64,000 nt of DNA from an uncultured Oscillospiraceae bacterium (GTDB lineage: Bacteria; Bacillota; Clostridia; Oscillospirales; Acutalibacteraceae), in NCBI GenBank assembly GCA_949295415.1, contig CASFLA010000052.1, forward strand, positions 25,911-89,910. Direction: 5' to 3'. The position numbers and the translations under genes were made by a program. Below are positions 59,945 to 64,000 of the stretch, one piece after another. Positions within the stretch are counted from its first letter, which is position 1. Every line of letters starts with the position of its first letter. The notes beneath the pieces were generated by a model. It was not told where the DNA came from, made no database searches, and worked only from the letters and a program-made list of their open reading frames with translations.

Positions 59945-60949
59945 ATGCTTTGGTTTGAAAATAAGAATAAAACTGCCTCTTTATCAACAAGAATCAGGCT
60001 TGCGCGCAACCTTAAAAACGTGCCTTTTCCTTCGCGCTTAAAGCCGTCAGAACTTAAAAACATTTCAAGCAGTATTGCAAGAAAAATAATGGCCTGCGAT
60101 TTTGGAATGAAAATGCGTATGGTTGATATGGATAGTTTGGGTGAGGTTGAGGCATACGCTATGGTTGAGCGCCATATTATTAGTCCTAAGTTTGCTGCTA
60201 ATCGTGAGGGCAGAGCCTTATTGCTTTCGGAGGACGAATCGGTAAGTATAATGCTGGGTGAAGAGGACCATATAAGAATTCAGGTTATTAAAAGCGGTCT
60301 TTGCCTTAAAGAAGCCTATAGTCTTGCCGAAAAAATCGAGGATACAATAAGCTCTGTTTTAGATTTTGCATATTCTGATTCTTTAGGCTTTTTAACCGAA
60401 TGCCCAACCAATCTCGGAACCGGTATGCGGGCATCGGTTATGCTTCATTTGCCTGCAACAGAAAGCACAGGAGAACTTAAAAATCTTGCCGCCGCCGCAA
60501 GCAAGATAGGTCTTACCTTCAGGGGCTTCTATGGCGAGGGAAGTGATGCCAAGGCATCGGTTTATCAGCTTTCAAATCAAATTTCGCTCGGAGTTTCAGA
60601 GGAAAATGCGTTGAGCAATCTTGAAAATATAGCGAAACAAATTATTGAAAGAGAAGATAAGGCTCTCGAAAAATATAATAAAGAAGCCTTACAGGATAAG
60701 GTTTACCGTTCGTTAGGAATTTTGAAATTTGCAAGAAGGCTTGATACTAAAGAAATGATGACGCATTTATCGGCTTTAATGCTTGGAGAACGGGCAGGAA
60801 TAATTGATTTAAAAGATAAAGTTCCGCTAACGGTATTTATTACTCTGCAGCCGTCAATGATAAAGCGTGTGGCCGGAGAAATGGAGCCAAATGAGCGCGA
60901 TATTTACAGAGCCGAGGCTATGAGAAAATATTTTGAAACAATAGGATAG
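59945..60949 (+). CDS. mcsB: protein arginine kinase McsB
   Basis: Phosphagen-kinase-like core (EEDHIRIQ, CPTNLGTGMRASV). Confidence 0.92.
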   Translation: MLWFENKNKTASLSTRIRLARNLKNVPFPSRLKPSELKNISSSIARKIMACDFGMKMRMVDMDSLGEVEAYAMVERHIISPKFAANREGRALLLSEDESVSIMLGEEDHIRIQVIKSGLCLKEAYSLAEKIEDTISSVLDFAYSDSLGFLTECPTNLGTGMRASVMLHLPATESTGELKNLAAAASKIGLTFRGFYGEGSDAKASVYQLSNQISLGVSEENALSNLENIAKQIIEREDKALEKYNKEALQDKVYRSLGILKFARRLDTKEMMTHLSALMLGERAGIIDLKDKVPLTVFITLQPSMIKRVAGEMEPNERDIYRAEAMRKYFETIG

Positions 60950-60961
60950 GAGAGATTTTTA

Positions 60962-63424
60962 ATGAAATATAATTTTGGAGGATTTACAGGGAAGGCGAAC
61001 GCTGCTCTTAATTTTGCTATTTCCTTTGCCGCCGAATTCGGTCATACTTATATCGGCAGCGAGCATCTTTTGTTAGGCCTCTTGGCAGTTCCTGACAGTG
61101 TTGCTGTAGCTGTGCTGTCTGAGTTCGGAGTTTCAAAGGAAAATGTAACCGAGCTGATTAAAGAAAATATAGGTTTGGGTGTTAAAACCAAACTGACTCC
61201 CGAGCATATGACGCCGAGAGCAAAGCGTGTTGTTGAGGTTGCTCAAATGACTGCGAGAGAAATGGGCAATTCCTTTATCGGAACGGAGCATATTTTGCTT
61301 GGAATTTTAAGCGAGGGCGATAATTACGCAATTAGATTTTTAAACGATTTAGGCGTTGATGTTGCATTGCTTACAGAAAAAGCGCTGGAATATGCAGGCG
61401 CATCAAAGGGCACTGATAATTCAGAGCCTCCCGCAAGCGAAAAAAAAGGAAAAACTAAGGGCAAAGCCAATCAAACACCTACTTTAGATAAGTTTGGCAG
61501 GGACCTTACCGAAATGGCCAAAATGGGTAAAATAGACCCCGTTATCGGACGCTCGGAGGAGATAGAAAGGGTTATTCAAATCCTTTGCCGCAGAACCAAA
61601 AACAACCCTTGCCTTATTGGCGAGCCGGGTGTCGGAAAAACTGCCATTGCAGAGGGACTGGCATTGAAAATCGCAGAAAATGATGCTCCCGATTTGCTTA
61701 ACAACAAGCGTGTTATTGCCCTTGACTTGACCGGAATGGTTGCAGGAACAAAATATCGCGGAGATTTTGAGGAGCGCATTAAAAATGCTATTGATGAGGT
61801 CGCAAAAGCCGACGATGTTATACTTTTTATTGATGAAATTCATACAATAGTCGGCGCAGGCGCATCTGCAGATGGTTCTATTGATGCCGCGAATATTTTA
61901 AAACCCTCGTTAGCAAGGGGAGAGTTGCAGGTTATCGGTGCAACAACCTTAGATGAATACCGCAAAAATATTGAAAAGGATGCGGCTTTGGAAAGAAGAT
62001 TCCAGCCTGTTATTGTCGGCGAGCCCTCGGAAGAGGATGCGGTCTTGATTTTAAAGGGACTGCGCGATAAATATGAGGCTCATCACAGGGTTAAAATTAC
62101 CGATGAGGCTATAGATGCGGCGGTTAAACTATCGGCAAGATATATAAGCGACCGCTTTTTGCCCGATAAGGCAATCGACCTTATTGATGAGGCGGCTTCA
62201 CGCGTCAGACTTAGCGCCTCAACTGCGCCTGACGAAGTGAAAATACTTGAGCAGGAAATCGAGCAATTATCAAGTGAAAAAAATGCCGCAATTTGTGCTC
62301 AGAATTTTGAAAAAGCTGCCGCGTTACGCGATGAAGAACGCCAAAAAAACGAAAAATTAGAAGAGCTTAAAAAAGAATGGTCAAAATCATCGGAGCAGTT
62401 TTCGGGCGCGGTAACTGCCGAAAATATTGCCGAGCTTATTTCAAAATCATCAGGTATTCCCGTCAGTCAGTTAACAGAAGAAGAAAGCGAAAGACTCTTA
62501 AAGTTAGAGGAAACTTTGCATAACAGAATTGTTGGGCAAGAAACGGCAGTTACTGCCGTCAGCAAGGCTATTCGCAGAAGCCGTGTTGGTCTTAAAGACC
62601 CCAACCGACCTATCGGCTCGTTTATATTCTTAGGCCCCACAGGTGTTGGTAAAACCGAGCTTTGCAAGGCACTTGCAGAGGCTATGTTCGGTAATGAAAA
62701 TTCCATTATCCGACTTGATATGTCGGAGTATATGGAAAAGCATACCGTTTCGCGACTTATTGGCTCGCCTCCCGGCTATGTTGGTTTTGACGAGGGCGGT
62801 CAGTTAACTGAAAAGGTGCGCCGAAGTCCCTATTCTGTTATCCTTTTTGATGAAATCGAAAAAGCGCATCCCGATGTTTTTAATATTATGCTGCAGATTC
62901 TTGATGACGGAAGACTGACCGATTCCAAGGGCAGAACTGTTAATTTTAAAAACACCGTTGTTATAATGACCTCAAATATCGGCGCCAGATTTTTGACCGA
63001 GAAAAAGAATGCTTTAGGCTTTTATGAGGCGCAGGAGGGCTCCGACGAAGCCGTAGCAAAGGACAAAATGCTAGAGGAATTGAAAAAGACCTTCAGACCC
63101 GAGTTTTTAAACCGAGTTGACGATATAATTGTCTTCCATAAGCTTTCAAAAGAGGATATTTTTAATATTGCTGAAAAGCTGCTGCTGGGCTTAAAAACGA
63201 AGCTGAAGGATATGGAAATAGAGGTTGAATTCAGTTCTTCTGCTATTGAAAAAATTGCCGATGCAGGCTTTGATGATGTTTATGGTGCAAGACCCCTAAA
63301 GCGCGCTATACAAAGCCTTATTGAAGATGAAATCAGCGAAAAAATCTTAAGCGGCGAAATAAAAAAAGGAGAGAATATTCTCCTCGAGTATAACGGCTCG
63401 AAATTTATTTTTACTAAGCAATAA
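60962..63424 (+). CDS. clpC: ATP-dependent Clp protease ATP-binding subunit ClpC
   Basis: Clp_N repeats, two AAA+ modules ([16 protein letters not shown]), and a UVR linker ([11 protein letters not shown]). Confidence 0.96.
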   Translation: MKYNFGGFTGKANAALNFAISFAAEFGHTYIGSEHLLLGLLAVPDSVAVAVLSEFGVSKENVTELIKENIGLGVKTKLTPEHMTPRAKRVVEVAQMTAREMGNSFIGTEHILLGILSEGDNYAIRFLNDLGVDVALLTEKALEYAGASKGTDNSEPPASEKKGKTKGKANQTPTLDKFGRDLTEMAKMGKIDPVIGRSEEIERVIQILCRRTKNNPCLIGEPGVGKTAIAEGLALKIAENDAPDLLNNKRVIALDLTGMVAGTKYRGDFEERIKNAIDEVAKADDVILFIDEIHTIVGAGASADGSIDAANILKPSLARGELQVIGATTLDEYRKNIEKDAALERRFQPVIVGEPSEEDAVLILKGLRDKYEAHHRVKITDEAIDAAVKLSARYISDRFLPDKAIDLIDEAASRVRLSASTAPDEVKILEQEIEQLSSEKNAAICAQNFEKAAALRDEERQKNEKLEELKKEWSKSSEQFSGAVTAENIAELISKSSGIPVSQLTEEESERLLKLEETLHNRIVGQETAVTAVSKAIRRSRVGLKDPNRPIGSFIFLGPTGVGKTELCKALAEAMFGNENSIIRLDMSEYMEKHTVSRLIGSPPGYVGFDEGGQLTEKVRRSPYSVILFDEIEKAHPDVFNIMLQILDDGRLTDSKGRTVNFKNTVVIMTSNIGARFLTEKKNALGFYEAQEGSDEAVAKDKMLEELKKTFRPEFLNRVDDIIVFHKLSKEDIFNIAEKLLLGLKTKLKDMEIEVEFSSSAIEKIADAGFDDVYGARPLKRAIQSLIEDEISEKILSGEIKKGENILLEYNGSKFIFTKQ

Positions 63425-63434
63425 ACTTAAAAAG

Positions 63435-63476
63435 AACCACCTTCATAAAATAATATTGAAGGTGGTTTTTTGTTTT
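63435..63476 (+). terminator. rho-independent terminator of clpC
   Basis: Stem aaccaccttca / tgaaggtggtt followed by TTTTTTGTTTT. Confidence 0.85.
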
Positions 63477-64000
63477 CGGTTTATATACTGCAAGACTTTC
63501 TAAAACAAAAGGATGATGAAAAAGAAATAGGGGTTTTTCAAAAGAAAAAAACCGATATTTACTGCGCGGTTTTATATGCGCTTTTGAACTACAACAAAAT
63601 AAAATGTAAAATTATAAAGCCGTTAGGCTTGGAACGCGATTTTAAAGTTAAATCAAAGAGCAGCGAGAGCATAATTTATGCACCCGTTTTTGCACTATCC
63701 AATTGCGCCGACATTGCCTTTATCTATACCGATTGCACCGAGAATTTTTCTCAATCCTTTAAGCTTGCATCAATACTGCGCAAAGCAAGATCCGGTAACG
63801 CTGATAAAGTTATTTTTATCAATCCTTTAAAAAGCACGGATTTTTTAGCGAATTTCTCTCCCGTGGTCTTTGATGTTTTAAGAATCAGTGATGCTAAGGG
63901 TTATGAAAATTCGGCCGACCCGTTTATTATGGCGTTTGTAACCGCAAAGGCTTTTTGCGAGTTTTTCGGCATCGAGTTTAAAAGCGATAATTTTATGCAT
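63470..64000 (+). CDS. open reading frame of unknown function running off the window end (not radA)
   Basis: 177 stop-free codons by hand translation (LFSVYILQDFLKQKDDEKEIGVF...FKSDNFMH). The only plausible start is the TTG at 63470, after GAAGGTGG. Not in the ORF track because it has no stop. Confidence 0.4.
   Translation, partial: MFSVYILQDFLKQKDDEKEIGVFQKKKTDIYCAVLYALLNYNKIKCKIIKPLGLERDFKVKSKSSESIIYAPVFALSNCADIAFIYTDCTENFSQSFKLASILRKARSGNADKVIFINPLKSTDFLANFSPVVFDVLRISDAKGYENSADPFIMAFVTAKAFCEFFGIEFKSDNFMH

Overview
This is a 64-kb chromosomal segment from an endospore-forming Bacillota genome that looks Clostridia-like. Spot counts of a few lines give roughly 40-45% G+C. About 60 protein genes are tightly packed and mostly housekeeping.

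Main gene groups, in order:
- yqeK-rsfS-leuS, then rpsU (missing from the ORF track).
- yqeG-like HAD phosphatase, aroQ, an M24 peptidase, efp, ispD-ispF.
- An orphan MsmK-type ABC ATPase.
- ftsE-ftsX, an M23 peptidase and an S41 peptidase.
- A class A PBP and a phosphohexomutase.
- An OmpR/HK pair followed by an HtrA protease.
- Sporulation genes sigG, ylmC/ymxH and spoIVB.
- A GH94-like phosphorylase.
- An AraC-linked sugar cluster, then azlCD.
- An acn-icd-rex operon.
- The class I heat-shock operon hrcA-grpE-dnaK-dnaJ, with a perfect CIRCE operator.
- lacZ (GH2) translationally coupled to alr.
- The class III operon ctsR-mcsA-mcsB-clpC, with a perfect CtsR box.

The one clearly accessory segment is a 2.3-kb AT-rich mini-island at the 3' end of tRNA-Ser(GGA), at 35621-38072. 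It is bounded by 59-bp direct repeats and has no integrase. It carries an operon of an N6-adenine DNA methyltransferase, a 254-aa unknown protein and a DUF1653 protein. I read it as a candidate R-M-like or novel defence module.

Other non-obvious signals:
- A ~105-nt three-hairpin element occurs twice, each copy directly downstream of a sigma-A-like promoter. It forms the 5' leader of the PBP1A gene and of an FkbM methyltransferase gene.
- A 170-bp hairpin/8-mer repeat region lies downstream of dnaJ.
- A 38-aa Cys/Gly-rich tiny membrane peptide gene is hidden between alr and ctsR.

No CRISPR array, rRNA, transposase or prophage genes were seen. All functional calls come from motif and family recognition by eye. 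No database search was run.
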